Positions 1 to 10,854 of a stretch of DNA of 64,000 bases are shown one piece after another. The stretch comes from Candidatus Altiarchaeota archaeon (GTDB taxonomy: Archaea > Altiarchaeota > Altiarchaeia > IMC4 > QMZM01): the NCBI GenBank assembly GCA_016931955.1, contig JAFGDV010000012.1, positions 50,255-114,254 on the forward strand, written 5' to 3'. A program made the translations under genes and the position numbers. Positions within the stretch are counted from its first letter, which is position 1; every line of letters begins with the position of its first letter. The notes below the pieces were generated by a model. It did not search any database. It was not told the origin of the DNA and saw only the letters and a program-made list of their open reading frames with translations.

Positions 1-152
1 TTTTTAAAAAGGAATCTTTTAAGTTTACTAATCACGTTATCCATCCCCAGTTATTAGAATATCTATGCTATATATAGATAGTTCATTAATATATAAAAAC
101 TGCGCATATATTATCATACATTATCCCATAACTTTATAATTTAAATAAACAA

Positions 153-1043
153 ATGACATATAAAAACCAAAAAATAATTGCTATTGTCCCAGCATACAAC
201 GAGGAGGCAACCATCGGTAGCGTTGTACTAACTGCCAAGAACTATGTGGATAAGGTGGTTATAGTAGATGATGGTAGCAGTGATAAGACTTCCGCGATCG
301 CTGAACTTGCTGGCGCTGAGGTTGCTAGGCATGACGAAAATATGGGCTATGGCGCAGCTATTAAAACTTGTTTTGATGTGGCGAAAAAATATAATGCTGA
401 TGTTATGGTCACATTGGATGGCGATGGTCAGCATAATCCCAGTGAGATAACAAAGGTGGTAAAATCTATAATCAATGGAGAAGCTGACATCGTTATTGGG
501 TCGAGATTTTTGGGTAAGTCAAGCCGTATTCCGGGATACAGGAAATTCGGCATAAAGTTTCTGAATAGGATGACAAATCTATCCTCAAGAAAGGTTTCTG
601 ATACGCAGAGTGGTTTCAGAGCTTATTCACGAAAAGCAATCAACAGCTTGAGGTTAAATGAATCAGGCATGGGTATCGGCTCGGAGATATTAATGAACGC
701 CCAAAAGCTTGATTTGAAGATAGAAGAGGTTCCAATCTCTGTCAGGTATGATGTAAGTAAGCCTTCTCAACATCCATTATCTCATGGAGCTAGTGTTTTG
801 GGTACAGTTTTGAGTTATATTGAAGAGAAACGTCCGCTTGAGTTCTTTGGCTTAATAGGCATATTATGCTTAACATCCGGCGTCGGTTTAGGTTTTTGGG
901 TTTTTCAAAGATACAATGAAGTACATCAGCTTGCTACTGGAAGTGCTGTAATAACGGCCATTCTTGTGCTTACCGGAATCCTCTCTATTTTTTCGGGGAT
1001 CATAATTCACACAATCGTAAGTTCTCTCAGAATAAAGGAATAA
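153..1043 (+). CDS. GT2 glycosyltransferase (DPM1/AglJ-like) with two C-terminal TM helices
   Basis: PAYNE, DDGSSD, DGDGQH and DTQSGFRAY motifs; hydrophobic C-terminus. Confidence 0.9.
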   Translation: MTYKNQKIIAIVPAYNEEATIGSVVLTAKNYVDKVVIVDDGSSDKTSAIAELAGAEVARHDENMGYGAAIKTCFDVAKKYNADVMVTLDGDGQHNPSEITKVVKSIINGEADIVIGSRFLGKSSRIPGYRKFGIKFLNRMTNLSSRKVSDTQSGFRAYSRKAINSLRLNESGMGIGSEILMNAQKLDLKIEEVPISVRYDVSKPSQHPLSHGASVLGTVLSYIEEKRPLEFFGLIGILCLTSGVGLGFWVFQRYNEVHQLATGSAVITAILVLTGILSIFSGIIIHTIVSSLRIKE

Positions 1044-1053
1044 TTCAAAGAAG

Positions 1054-2022
1054 ATGTATCCTTTAGTTTCAGTAGTTGTTGTAGTCTATAATGAAGAAAA
1101 ATATATCCAAGGATGTATTGAATCTCTGTTGAGATTAAACTATCCAAAAAATCGATATGAAGTTGTTGTGGTTGATGGCATGTCAACTGACAGAACACAA
1201 GAAATTGTTAAGAAGTACCCAATTAAGCTTGTAATCAATAAAGCTAGATTTTGTCCACCTGGGAGGAATCTTGGCGTTGAAAATGCGAGAGGGGATTATG
1301 TGGCGTTCACTGATGGGGACTGTGAGGTCGATGTTAACTGGTTGAAAACTTTGGTTGATGAAATCAGGAAATGCCCAGATGAAGTGGTTTCTGTGGGTGG
1401 TCCGAATCTTGTATTTGAGACTGATTCTCTTCTTGCCAGAACGATTGGACACATGCAGGAAACGTATTTAGGTTCTGGTGGCTCGGCACAATCATATAAG
1501 ATTGATGAGCCCCGTTATGTTGAATCAATCCCCACTTGCAATATACTCTACAAAAAAGAGATTTTAGCAAAGGAGAGATATGATGATGAACTCAAAATTG
1601 GCGAAGACGCTGAACTGCATTTTAGGTTGAGGCGACTAGGATATAAATTTTTGTATCTGCCAAACGCTATTGTATGGCATCACAGACGAAGTAAAATAGT
1701 GAATTTCATTGGGCATATATGGACATATGGGAAGGCTATGGGGGGGGTAACGAGAAAACATAAAAAAATCATAAGATTTTATGCCTTTTTACCTCCTTTG
1801 GCGATAATTGCTTTGATATTAGCATACCCTCTAATACTTTATTTTCCACTGATTATTTGGATATATCTACTAGGGATTGGCATATATTCCATTGCTTTAT
1901 TGATATCATCATTGCAAGTCTACAATAGGATAGGTATAACTGGGTTTATACTAACCATGCTACTATTACCCCTACAGCATTTTATTTATGGGGTTGGGTT
2001 TTTAATGGGGGCATTATTATGA
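1054..2022 (+). CDS. GT2 glycosyltransferase, membrane-anchored
   Basis: VYNEE, VVDGMSTD, FTDGDC and GEDAEL motifs; C-terminal TM segments. Confidence 0.9.
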   Translation: MYPLVSVVVVVYNEEKYIQGCIESLLRLNYPKNRYEVVVVDGMSTDRTQEIVKKYPIKLVINKARFCPPGRNLGVENARGDYVAFTDGDCEVDVNWLKTLVDEIRKCPDEVVSVGGPNLVFETDSLLARTIGHMQETYLGSGGSAQSYKIDEPRYVESIPTCNILYKKEILAKERYDDELKIGEDAELHFRLRRLGYKFLYLPNAIVWHHRRSKIVNFIGHIWTYGKAMGGVTRKHKKIIRFYAFLPPLAIIALILAYPLILYFPLIIWIYLLGIGIYSIALLISSLQVYNRIGITGFILTMLLLPLQHFIYGVGFLMGALL

Positions 2023-3095
2023 AAATAATAACAGTTTTGGGGACTAGGCCTGAAATAATTAAACTAAGCCCTTTAATACCCTTGCTTGATAAAAAATTCA
2101 AGAATATAGTCGTCCATACAGGCCAACATTATAATTGGGAGATGGACAAGGTTTTTTTCAAGGAATTGGATCTACGAGAGCCAGATTATAACCTGCATGT
2201 TGGTTCAGGGAATAGTGCGTATCAGATAGGTACAATAATCCTTAGATTAGAAAAAATAATTAAAAAAGAAAAACCAAACGCAGTTATTGTTTATGGGGAT
2301 ACAAATACTACATTGGCTGGAGCACTAGTCGGCTCAAAGATGAATTTAAAAGTAATCCATATAGAAGCAGGATGCAGATCAAGAAATAGAAAAACACCCG
2401 AAGAGATAAATAGGATACTGACGGATCACTGTTCAGATATGTTGTTCAGCATAGACGAAGAGAGTTATAGAAACCTGATTGATGAAGGAATTGATAAAAA
2501 AAGAATATTCTTAAGTGGAAATACAATTACTGAGGTGCTTTCTAGGAATAAGAAACTCAGTAAGAAATCAAAGATACTAAGGGATCTTGGCTTAAAAGAG
2601 AGGGAATACGCTGTTGTTACAATGCACAGAGCAGAAAATACTTCAAAAGAAAACATCAAATGCATTATAAAGGCGCTAAATGAAATCTCCAAGGAGAGTG
2701 ATATTGTATTCCCAATACACCCAAGGACTAAAAAAGTTATTTGTTCTAACAAAATTCAGGTTTCTAAAAAGATAAAGATAACAGAGCCTCTGGGGTATCT
2801 AGATTTTATAAAGCTCTTATCTAACGCCCTATTTGTAATGACCGACAGCGGTGGGATTCAAGCAGAAACAGTCGAATTAAACATTCCATGCTTAGTATTG
2901 AGAAATGAAACAGAATATAACGAATATATTCGCTTGGGTAAAATAATATTGGCTGGAACCGACACGAGGAATATAATAAAAGCTTCAAAGAAATTGAGTA
3001 TAAGCCATGAGAAAATAAGAAAAATAAAGTATAAACCCAAAAAAAACGCATGTAAAAAAATAATAGAAGCAATAGAAAGCATGAGTACATATTAA
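2019..3095 (+). CDS. wecB: UDP-N-acetylglucosamine 2-epimerase (non-hydrolysing)
   Basis: GTRPEIIK, HTGQHY, GDTNTT, HIEAG, PEEINR and TDSGGIQ signatures. Confidence 0.95.
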   Translation: MKIITVLGTRPEIIKLSPLIPLLDKKFKNIVVHTGQHYNWEMDKVFFKELDLREPDYNLHVGSGNSAYQIGTIILRLEKIIKKEKPNAVIVYGDTNTTLAGALVGSKMNLKVIHIEAGCRSRNRKTPEEINRILTDHCSDMLFSIDEESYRNLIDEGIDKKRIFLSGNTITEVLSRNKKLSKKSKILRDLGLKEREYAVVTMHRAENTSKENIKCIIKALNEISKESDIVFPIHPRTKKVICSNKIQVSKKIKITEPLGYLDFIKLLSNALFVMTDSGGIQAETVELNIPCLVLRNETEYNEYIRLGKIILAGTDTRNIIKASKKLSISHEKIRKIKYKPKKNACKKIIEAIESMSTY

Positions 3096-3135
3096 AAACC
3101 GTGAGGATTATCAAGATTTTTATCCAATAGATAGA

Positions 3136-4257
3136 ATGACTACTAAGGTATTATTTGTCAGATCAAATCCTGTTAATCCGGAGCCTAGAGTCGAAAAACA
3201 AGCACTTGCACTTGCTGAAGAAAATTTTGACGTCAACATCCTAGGGTGGGATAGAGAGGGTAGCCATCAGAGGATAGAACATAGAAACGAGTACACGATA
3301 AACAGGTTCCGACTTAAATCCAGTTATGGTTCTCTAAAACTACTTTTTTATATCCCTATCTGGTGGTTTTATGAATTTTATTATTTGATGACACGAGAAT
3401 GGGATATAATACACGCTTGTGATTTTGACACATTATTGCCTGCAATAATTGCAGCAAAAATAAAAAAAAGGAGAATAGTTTACGATATTTTTGATTTTTA
3501 CTCAGGCATGATTCCCACAGGAATCCCAGAAATAGTTATAAAAATCATCACTTTTTTAGAAAACTCCTTTCCGAGATTTGCGGATTTTGTCATTGTTCCA
3601 AATGACAGCATGACAAAACACATAAAAGGCATGAAGTCTAAGAGAATTATAACAATCATGAATATCCCTAAAGACTTAGAGTATAACAATATGTTTATCA
3701 ATTCTGAAAAAATCGATAAATTCCTGATATTTTATGGAGGTACATTTGGAAAAGATCGCGGATTAGATGAGATAATAGGAATAGTCGAAGGTATAGATGA
3801 TGTACAATTAGTTATTGCTGGTTATGGTGCTGACTCAGAAAAAATAAAAGATTTATGCAACAATAGCAATAATTCAACTTTTATTGGTAGATTAAAATAT
3901 GATGAGATTTTAGCTTATACACAAAAAGCAGACATGTTATTTGCATTATATGACCCAAATATAAAAAACAACATCTTCGCCAGCCCCAACAAATTATTTG
4001 AAGCAATGATGTTAAGTAAACCAATTATCGTCAGCGACAAAACATTTATGGCAGATATTGTTAAAAAAGAGAGATGTGGTTTTGTTGTGGATTATAGAGA
4101 TACTAATAGTATAAAAAACGCCATAATTAAACTCAGAGATGATCCCAAACTTTGCAAAGAATTGGGAAAAAATGGGGAAAACGCCCATGAAAAAAAATAC
4201 AATTGGGATATTATGAAAAAAAGATTGCTAGAGATTTACAATTCTTTAAAAGAATAG
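3136..4257 (+). CDS. GT4 glycosyltransferase
   Basis: HACDFDTL, RGLD and SPNKLFEAM...KPII motifs of the GT-B fold. Confidence 0.9.
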   Translation: MTTKVLFVRSNPVNPEPRVEKQALALAEENFDVNILGWDREGSHQRIEHRNEYTINRFRLKSSYGSLKLLFYIPIWWFYEFYYLMTREWDIIHACDFDTLLPAIIAAKIKKRRIVYDIFDFYSGMIPTGIPEIVIKIITFLENSFPRFADFVIVPNDSMTKHIKGMKSKRIITIMNIPKDLEYNNMFINSEKIDKFLIFYGGTFGKDRGLDEIIGIVEGIDDVQLVIAGYGADSEKIKDLCNNSNNSTFIGRLKYDEILAYTQKADMLFALYDPNIKNNIFASPNKLFEAMMLSKPIIVSDKTFMADIVKKERCGFVVDYRDTNSIKNAIIKLRDDPKLCKELGKNGENAHEKKYNWDIMKKRLLEIYNSLKE

Positions 4258-4329
4258 GATAGCTACGGTTACAAATACAAATGTGTGTTGTCACATAACT
4301 CTTTTGTCTTATCACTACAGCGTAAATTC

Positions 4330-5544
4330 TCAATTTCTTCTTAACAAAACTAACTGTGTTAAAAAGAATAATATATTAACGCCAAACAAAATCCAGATTA
4401 TGTTATCCAATGTTAGATGATATAAAAGAATAAACACTATCTCAAATGTTGTTATTGCCAATAGATAGGGGATAAATCCTGTTTTCTTTAATGCTAGGTT
4501 GTAGTTCACTAGAAGCGTATTTACGCCTATGGGTAGCATTGCAACACCCAAGAGTTGTAATAAAGGAACTGAGTTAAGGTATTCTGGGCTGAATAAAACC
4601 CCTATAATAAATCTCGGGAAAAACCAAAAGACTGCCGCTACAAGAATTGACGTAGTTAAAACATAAAAAATGCTTGCGCTTAATATCCCTTTCGTTTCCT
4701 CGCCTTTCGCATAAACCTCAGAGACCTTAGGAAACATAACCATACAAACAGACGAAGTCACAAAAAGAATCAATCGCGCCATCGTCAAAGCAACATTATA
4801 AAAACCAGTCTCCTGAGAACTAAAAAAGTGTTTAACAAACACGGTTGGAGCCTCAACCATAACAGTCATACAAAAGAGAGTTAAAAGAACAGGCCACGTA
4901 TATTTGTATATGGCTGATATATCTATACTGTTATCTGATCGATCAAACAAAAACTTTAGGGGGATGAAAGCTATCAAAAAAGCAAAAAGATAACCCAAAC
5001 CATAAGCAAGAAGAGCCCCATTAACACCCAAACCAAAAAAAACAAGGACTACTCCCAAAACCAATCTTGCTACAGACTCCAGAGAAAAATTCAAACCCAG
5101 TTGATTAAAGTCTTGTATGCCACGAAGAACCCCCCGATTAACAGGTAAAACAACAGCGAACACAATAGAAAAACCAACAATGACTACCGGTGTGATAGAG
5201 GGCAACTTCATGAAATCAGCAATAAACCAACTCAACAATAAGACAATAAAAAAGCCTAAAAAACCATACCTAGAGAGCTTTTTTATAGCTGAAAACATAA
5301 GAGAATTGATCTTCCCATACTGTTCTTTAGCCTTAAACTCGGAAACGAATTTGGTTATAACGGTAGTTATTGTCCCAGACGGAACTGCAAAGATCATAAG
5401 CAACGCCAACATGGAACCCAAGATACCATAGTCAGCAGGCCCTAAAGCCCTTGCCATATAGATGTGATAGATGTAAGCGAAGAGATTGGCTATTACTGTG
5501 GCTATAAACATGATACCAGATTGCTTCATAAGTTGTTTAGACAT
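4330..5544 (-). CDS. Wzx/AglR-like oligosaccharide flippase
   Basis: ARALGPADYG motif, about 12 TM segments, located in a glycosylation cluster; start codon uncertain. Confidence 0.85.
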   Translation of the reverse strand: MSKQLMKQSGIMFIATVIANLFAYIYHIYMARALGPADYGILGSMLALLMIFAVPSGTITTVITKFVSEFKAKEQYGKINSLMFSAIKKLSRYGFLGFFIVLLLSWFIADFMKLPSITPVVIVGFSIVFAVVLPVNRGVLRGIQDFNQLGLNFSLESVARLVLGVVLVFFGLGVNGALLAYGLGYLFAFLIAFIPLKFLFDRSDNSIDISAIYKYTWPVLLTLFCMTVMVEAPTVFVKHFFSSQETGFYNVALTMARLILFVTSSVCMVMFPKVSEVYAKGEETKGILSASIFYVLTTSILVAAVFWFFPRFIIGVLFSPEYLNSVPLLQLLGVAMLPIGVNTLLVNYNLALKKTGFIPYLLAITTFEIVFILLYHLTLDNIIWILFGVNILFFLTQLVLLRRN

Positions 5545-5764
5545 GTTCTGTATCACCACAAAATAAATTGTATATAGTTATATGGAGAGAGATAATAACT
5601 AATCGGGTTTGAATCAATTGCCTTCTTATCCGTACATTTTATATTATATATAATTATTTTCATACAATGTTTATATTTAAGCAATTCAATCCATATATTA
5701 GCATATATCACACACGCTCCAGGTATTTATGCACGAAAATAAAAATAATTTAAAACAAGAGAAC

Positions 5765-8700
5765 ATGCGAAAAACACTCTACTTGATAATAGGCATACTA
5801 ATAACAGTCAGCCTAGCTAACGCACAATGTGGATATTCTGGAACAGGAGACTGGATTATAGATTCTAAGATTGATTGCAAGGACACATCGATTACATTAA
5901 ACGGAAACATACTCATCAACACAGGAGGCTGGCTTAACGCAACCAATGTGTTTTTCACATTCAACAACACTGGTAAAGCCAACGAAACAACAAGAGGCAC
6001 GGCACTTGAAGACGGAGGCAACCTGACTCTTGTGGACTGCCTTTATCAAAGCAACGAACCAGTTGGTGGAACGGATATTGAAGACAACCCAGGCGGTTGG
6101 ACTAACACATGGATCAATGTATGGAATGATGTTGGAAATGCAGACTGTAGGATAATATTGAATAGAACAACCTTCAATGGCATAGGGATGCATCCCTTGA
6201 ACATATTAAATAGTCGCTATGGCATCTACCCTATGGAGGGGCAGATGTGGGTGGACAACTGCACATGCAATAAATCAGTTAACTGTTTCATTTCTACAGC
6301 AGATAGCACAAGAGGGGATAATAGAACAATTCGCTACTTGAAAAACAACAAATTTGAGAACATAAGCACATTCCCCTATGTCTTCCTCTATGATGGAGAC
6401 AGTGAAACAGAATACTTGGAAATAACAGGAAACACCTGGTATGGTAACACATACCGTATGGGGACACTTGATTACACTGAGAAAGTTAAGATATACGACA
6501 ACACCGCAAGCGGCACACCCAACTATGGTTTCAGCAACAACGGAGCAAGTGATGTCTTGATATACAACATGAACATTTCAGGACCGCCAACAGCAGTAGA
6601 GTTAAATTCAGGAAACCATGACTTTGAGATATACAATCTGAATATAACAAACGGCGGAATAGGCTGCAACTACGGCAACCGCAACATAACAATACATGAT
6701 GTAGACGTCACAGGTAAGAAAGCATTTGTAGGAAGCACCGCAGTCGCAGGAAGCCCAAACTACAACAACCACTTCTACAACATGACATACACATTTGTTT
6801 TCGGGGCAGACATAGTAGGCTACCTGATAGCCTACACAGGAGAAAACTCAACAATAGAGGACATCACAATAGTTGGGTCTCCCACAGACCAGACAGCGAT
6901 AACCACAAAACACGCCACAGGAGGGACTGGGGGAAGCGAATACTATGTTAAAAACGTCACATATGAGGACATAAGCATAGACAACATCAACACAGGCATC
7001 CGGATGAAATACTTCAACGACAGCACATTCAGAGACATCAGGATGACCAATGTGAACAGCTACAACATCTACTTCTCAGGGAACAACTACCGAAACAGAT
7101 TCATCAACGTCACACACGACAGCGTTTTCTTCGACAACAACGACGACGTATTCGACTACTACAATTATCTTTCGGTGAATGTGACCGGTGACAACGTGTG
7201 GGGGATAGAAGTGTATAATAGGACTAGCGATTTGTTAACGAGCGGATCCACGACGACGGGGAAAGTCGAGAAACTAGAAGTCAACGAATTCAAGCAGACC
7301 AAGGTGGCGACAAATTTACAGTATCCGCACACGATCAAGGTAACAGGATTGGTGGCGGACACGGACTACAACGTCACAGTAAACGGAGCATACAGTCAAA
7401 CAAAAAAGACAGACGCACTGGGAGTACTGACATTCCAAGAGAATATAACAGACAACACACGGATGACACTGAAGGCGACAACAGACGTATACCCGCCATT
7501 CATCACGATCATTACACCACAGAACACAAAATACGCGCAAGGAGCGCTGACGGCGGAGATCAGCTTAGACGAAGACGGAGACTGGTGCGCATACTCACTA
7601 GAAGGAAACCCCAACAAAACAATGACAGGAGCAGGAAAAAGCTGGACAACACTGCTCACAGAACTCGCGAAGATAGAGTACAGCATAAAGTTCTGGTGCA
7701 ATGACACACAAGGACACATGGGGTCATCCGAGAAACGATATTTTACGATAGTAGAATGCCTGGCAGACGGAGACTGCGGCATAGGACAATACTGCAACAC
7801 AGGAGATGAGTGCAAAGACAAAAAAGGAGACGGAGCACCATGCAGTGCAGATAAGGAGTGCACGTCAAATGAATGCTGCCATTCAATATGTAGAAGTGTG
7901 TGCCCCTACTGCGGAGACGGATACTGCGACGGAGGAGAAACATGCGGAACATGCCCGCTAGACTGCACCTGCGCACCCGGAGGCGGACCAGGAGGAGGAA
8001 CAGGAGGATCCGGAGGAGCCATCGGGACAGGAGGAATAGGGGCGAACTGCTTCGACGGGATAATGAACCAGGGAGAAACCGGAATAGACTGCGGAGGACC
8101 CTGCAAGGCATGTCCTAGTTGCATGGACGGGATACTGAACCAAGGCGAGACCGGAGTAGACTGCGGAGGACCCTGCGGAGAATGCGCCATCGGAGCGACA
8201 GCGGCAAGCTGCTATGACAGAATAAAGAACCAGGGAGAACAAGGAATAGACTGCGGAGGACCCTGCAAGGCATGCAAGACAGGGAACATATTACAGGAGA
8301 AATTCATGATAGGGTTAAATCATCCCAGTGAAGTGGAAGCAGGAGACCACTACACAGTAGGAGTGACAGTAGAGAATACAGGAGACACCACACTAAAAGA
8401 ACTGAACGTGAAAGTAGGCAGCCAGATAAAGACAACCGACTTAGATCTGACAGAGAAAAAGACAGTGGAATTCCAACTAACCGCGCCACGAGAAGAAGGA
8501 GAATACATGATAAAAGTAGAAGCATACAATGGAACCCTAAGAGAAGAAGAACAAACAAAGATACAAGTAAAGCCAACCCCGCTGACGCTGAGAGCCACAA
8601 CAGTAGACAACACAACATATATTATAACGCAGACCAATTACACCGACGCAGTGATAGAATTAATAATCACAAGAGAAAACAAAACAGTATACTGGGACTA

Positions 8701-8920
8701 CATAAGCGAAGAAGAACACATAACACAGATACAGGCAGGAAACTACCAAGTACAAGCCAACCTCAGAGTAGACGGAAAAACACTGAAAACCAAACAAATA
8801 ACGCCGACCACAGAAAAAGAAACAATACCCGAAGACATGACCACGATACTGGCAATACCGTTACTGATAATAAACCTCGCTTTATTAGGAAGCATCACCA
8901 AAAAAATAATAAGAAAATAA
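5765..8920 (+). CDS. Large secreted/surface protein: signal peptide, beta-helix-like Asn/Thr-rich region, Ig-like domain, Cys-rich repeats, CARDB-like domain, C-terminal TM anchor
   Basis: MRKTLYLIIGILITVSLANA signal; three C.DGI.NQGE.G.DCGGPC-type repeats; V.VENTG motif; terminal TM followed by basic tail. Confidence 0.75.
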   Translation: MRKTLYLIIGILITVSLANAQCGYSGTGDWIIDSKIDCKDTSITLNGNILINTGGWLNATNVFFTFNNTGKANETTRGTALEDGGNLTLVDCLYQSNEPVGGTDIEDNPGGWTNTWINVWNDVGNADCRIILNRTTFNGIGMHPLNILNSRYGIYPMEGQMWVDNCTCNKSVNCFISTADSTRGDNRTIRYLKNNKFENISTFPYVFLYDGDSETEYLEITGNTWYGNTYRMGTLDYTEKVKIYDNTASGTPNYGFSNNGASDVLIYNMNISGPPTAVELNSGNHDFEIYNLNITNGGIGCNYGNRNITIHDVDVTGKKAFVGSTAVAGSPNYNNHFYNMTYTFVFGADIVGYLIAYTGENSTIEDITIVGSPTDQTAITTKHATGGTGGSEYYVKNVTYEDISIDNINTGIRMKYFNDSTFRDIRMTNVNSYNIYFSGNNYRNRFINVTHDSVFFDNNDDVFDYYNYLSVNVTGDNVWGIEVYNRTSDLLTSGSTTTGKVEKLEVNEFKQTKVATNLQYPHTIKVTGLVADTDYNVTVNGAYSQTKKTDALGVLTFQENITDNTRMTLKATTDVYPPFITIITPQNTKYAQGALTAEISLDEDGDWCAYSLEGNPNKTMTGAGKSWTTLLTELAKIEYSIKFWCNDTQGHMGSSEKRYFTIVECLADGDCGIGQYCNTGDECKDKKGDGAPCSADKECTSNECCHSICRSVCPYCGDGYCDGGETCGTCPLDCTCAPGGGPGGGTGGSGGAIGTGGIGANCFDGIMNQGETGIDCGGPCKACPSCMDGILNQGETGVDCGGPCGECAIGATAASCYDRIKNQGEQGIDCGGPCKACKTGNILQEKFMIGLNHPSEVEAGDHYTVGVTVENTGDTTLKELNVKVGSQIKTTDLDLTEKKTVEFQLTAPREEGEYMIKVEAYNGTLREEEQTKIQVKPTPLTLRATTVDNTTYIITQTNYTDAVIELIITRENKTVYWDYISEEEHITQIQAGNYQVQANLRVDGKTLKTKQITPTTEKETIPEDMTTILAIPLLIINLALLGSITKKIIRK
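8048..8277 (+). repeat. Three coding Cys-rich repeats (...NQGE.G.DCGGPC..C)
   Basis: gactgcggaggaccctgc occurs three times. Confidence 0.85.
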
Positions 8921-8921
8921 A

Positions 8922-9173
8922 ATGTACATACCCTACCTAAACATAGACATAGACCTAATATGGCTGCTAGTGCTAGGAAACATGGGAATGATACTAGCAC
9001 TAATACTGATACTAATAGAACTACAACAAGTAAGAAAACTGAGGAAAGCATTCGAACACATGTTCGGACACTACGAAGAACTAATGGAAAAAGACACCAA
9101 AATATTCTGGAAAGAACTGGAAGAACTAAAATACATAATAGGAGCAAACAACAACAAATCAACTGAACAATGA
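8922..9173 (+). CDS. Small membrane protein (83 aa), hypothetical
   Basis: One TM segment followed by a helical tail; starts 1 bp after the upstream stop. Confidence 0.6.
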   Translation: MYIPYLNIDIDLIWLLVLGNMGMILALILILIELQQVRKLRKAFEHMFGHYEELMEKDTKIFWKELEELKYIIGANNNKSTEQ

Positions 9174-9179
9174 AGCATA

Positions 9180-9287
9180 CAATCTGACATAGGATACGTG
9201 TTCTACGAGATCGAGCTTGCTCTTACCGCCCCCATGCGGTCGACGAAGGGGATGGAAATAGCCGCAGACCAGGATCTCTAAGAGGAT
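9180..9287 (-). pseudogene. Relic copy 1 of the 3' end of the DPM1-like gene (matches 15624-15751)
   Basis: Minus strand reads PFVDR-(frameshift)-GGKSKLDLVEHVSYVR versus TFIDREGGKSKLNLGEHLSYVR in the intact gene. Confidence 0.85.
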
Positions 9288-9342
9288 AGGGATACAGCCG
9301 CCTGAGACACTAAAAGCCCACCGAAACATCTGATAACGGAGT

Positions 9343-9395
9343 TGTTACTTTCTGGTGTAGCATTTTTAAACATATGTTACGTTATAATGTAACAT
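9343..9395. promoter_or_regulatory. Putative operator: two TGTTAC-N8-GTA(G/A)CA palindromes 32 bp apart
   Basis: tgttactttctggtgtagca at 9343 and tgttacgttataatgtaaca at 9375, abutting the ATG. Confidence 0.6.
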
Positions 9396-10674
9396 GGAAC
9401 TACGTAAATTAGCCGAAGCCAACCCCTGGTGGCAGACCAAAAAAGTACCACAAAACCTCCGAGGACGCGACAGACCCAAATACAGACTACTCCTAAAATC
9501 AATCACACAAAAAGAAGTCACAATAATAACCGGAGTCAGACGCTCAGGAAAAAGCACACTAATGTACCAGACCATAGACAACCTACTCAAAGAAAAAACA
9601 CCCCCAAAACAGATACTATTCGTCAACCTAGAAGACCCAAGACTCACAAACGACACACTAGACGACATATACGAAGCATACAGAAGCGGAATCAACCCCG
9701 ACCAGAAGGCACACATCTTCCTAGACGAAATACACCGAAGAGAAAACTGGGAAAAATGGGTCAAAAGACACTACGACCTCGGCACAGACTGCAAATTCAC
9801 AATCTCAGGATCATGCTCATACCTCCTGAAAAAAGAATACTCAACACTACTCACAGGCAGAAACCTCACCTTCGAAGTATTCCCCCTAAGCTTCCAAGAA
9901 TACCTCACCTTCAAAGGCATCAACTTAGACGCCGAAGCACTGGAAAAAGACATCCTCCTAGAGAAACAGAGACACGAAATCCAGAAGGCGATGAACGAAT
10001 ACATGGAAGAAGGAGGCTTCCCAGACGCGTTCTTCAAAGAAGAAGACTTCAAGAGACTGCTCCTAACACAATACTTCGACGACATAATATACAAAGACAT
10101 CGTAGACCGCCACGAACTAAACAGCCGCAAAACAAGAGACCTTGCACTATACCTCGCATCCAACATCACCTCCCCACTATCCCTCAGAAACATCAGAAAC
10201 ACGCTCGGACTATCCTACGAATCAATAAAAGACTACATCACATACTACGCCGAAGCATTCCTCTTCTTCACAGTCGAACACTTCTCCTACTCCCTCAAAG
10301 AACAGAAGACACGCCCCTCAAAAGCATACTGCATAGACAACGGCCTCCGAAACGCAGTAAGCTTCAAGTTCACAAAAGACGACGGAAAACTAGCCGAAAA
10401 CCTAGCCTACCTCCACCTAAGACAAAACAAAGACGACATATACTACTGGAAAGACAAAAACGAAGTAGACTTCATAACAAAAAACCCCGACCACACACTA
10501 ACCGCCATAAACGTCACATACACAGATGAAGTGGACGAAAGAGAAATAAAGTCGCTCAAAGAATTCAAACAAAAACACAAAAAAACACAAGAACTCATAA
10601 TAATCACAAAAAACACCCAAAAAACACAAGAAGAAATCAAGTACATACCACTATGGAAGTGGCTGCTAGAATAG
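9394..10674 (+). CDS. AAA+ ATPase, AAA_14/DUF4143 family (copy 1)
   Basis: NPWW, GVRRSGKS Walker A, FLDEI Walker B, LTGR, PLSF.EY, GGFP, YCIDNG, EVDF. Confidence 0.9.
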   Translation: MELRKLAEANPWWQTKKVPQNLRGRDRPKYRLLLKSITQKEVTIITGVRRSGKSTLMYQTIDNLLKEKTPPKQILFVNLEDPRLTNDTLDDIYEAYRSGINPDQKAHIFLDEIHRRENWEKWVKRHYDLGTDCKFTISGSCSYLLKKEYSTLLTGRNLTFEVFPLSFQEYLTFKGINLDAEALEKDILLEKQRHEIQKAMNEYMEEGGFPDAFFKEEDFKRLLLTQYFDDIIYKDIVDRHELNSRKTRDLALYLASNITSPLSLRNIRNTLGLSYESIKDYITYYAEAFLFFTVEHFSYSLKEQKTRPSKAYCIDNGLRNAVSFKFTKDDGKLAENLAYLHLRQNKDDIYYWKDKNEVDFITKNPDHTLTAINVTYTDEVDEREIKSLKEFKQKHKKTQELIIITKNTQKTQEEIKYIPLWKWLLE

Positions 10675-10690
10675 AGACTAACCCAGATAC

Positions 10691-10732
10691 TCCGAGGTTT
10701 AATTTACATTTGCCGCCCACGCGGTCGACGAA
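10691..10732 (-). pseudogene. Relic copy 2 of the DPM1-like 3' end (matches 15650-15691)
   Basis: Gapless alignment, 30/42 nt; FVDRVGGKCKLNLG versus FIDREGGKSKLNLG. Confidence 0.75.
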
Positions 10733-10787
10733 TAAACAAAATTTGCCGTTACAAGGGCAAAGTTTTAAAAGAAAATTCACCCACAAA

Positions 10788-10830
10788 TGCAATATTTATG
10801 CATAAATATTGCAATAGACTGCAATATTTA
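10788..10830. promoter_or_regulatory. Putative operator: perfect 26-bp palindrome; TGCAATATTTA repeated 32 bp apart
   Basis: tgcaatatttatgcataaatattgca at 10788-10813; tgcaatattta again at 10820. Confidence 0.65.
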
Positions 10831-10854
10831 AATACAACAACCACTATATATAAC

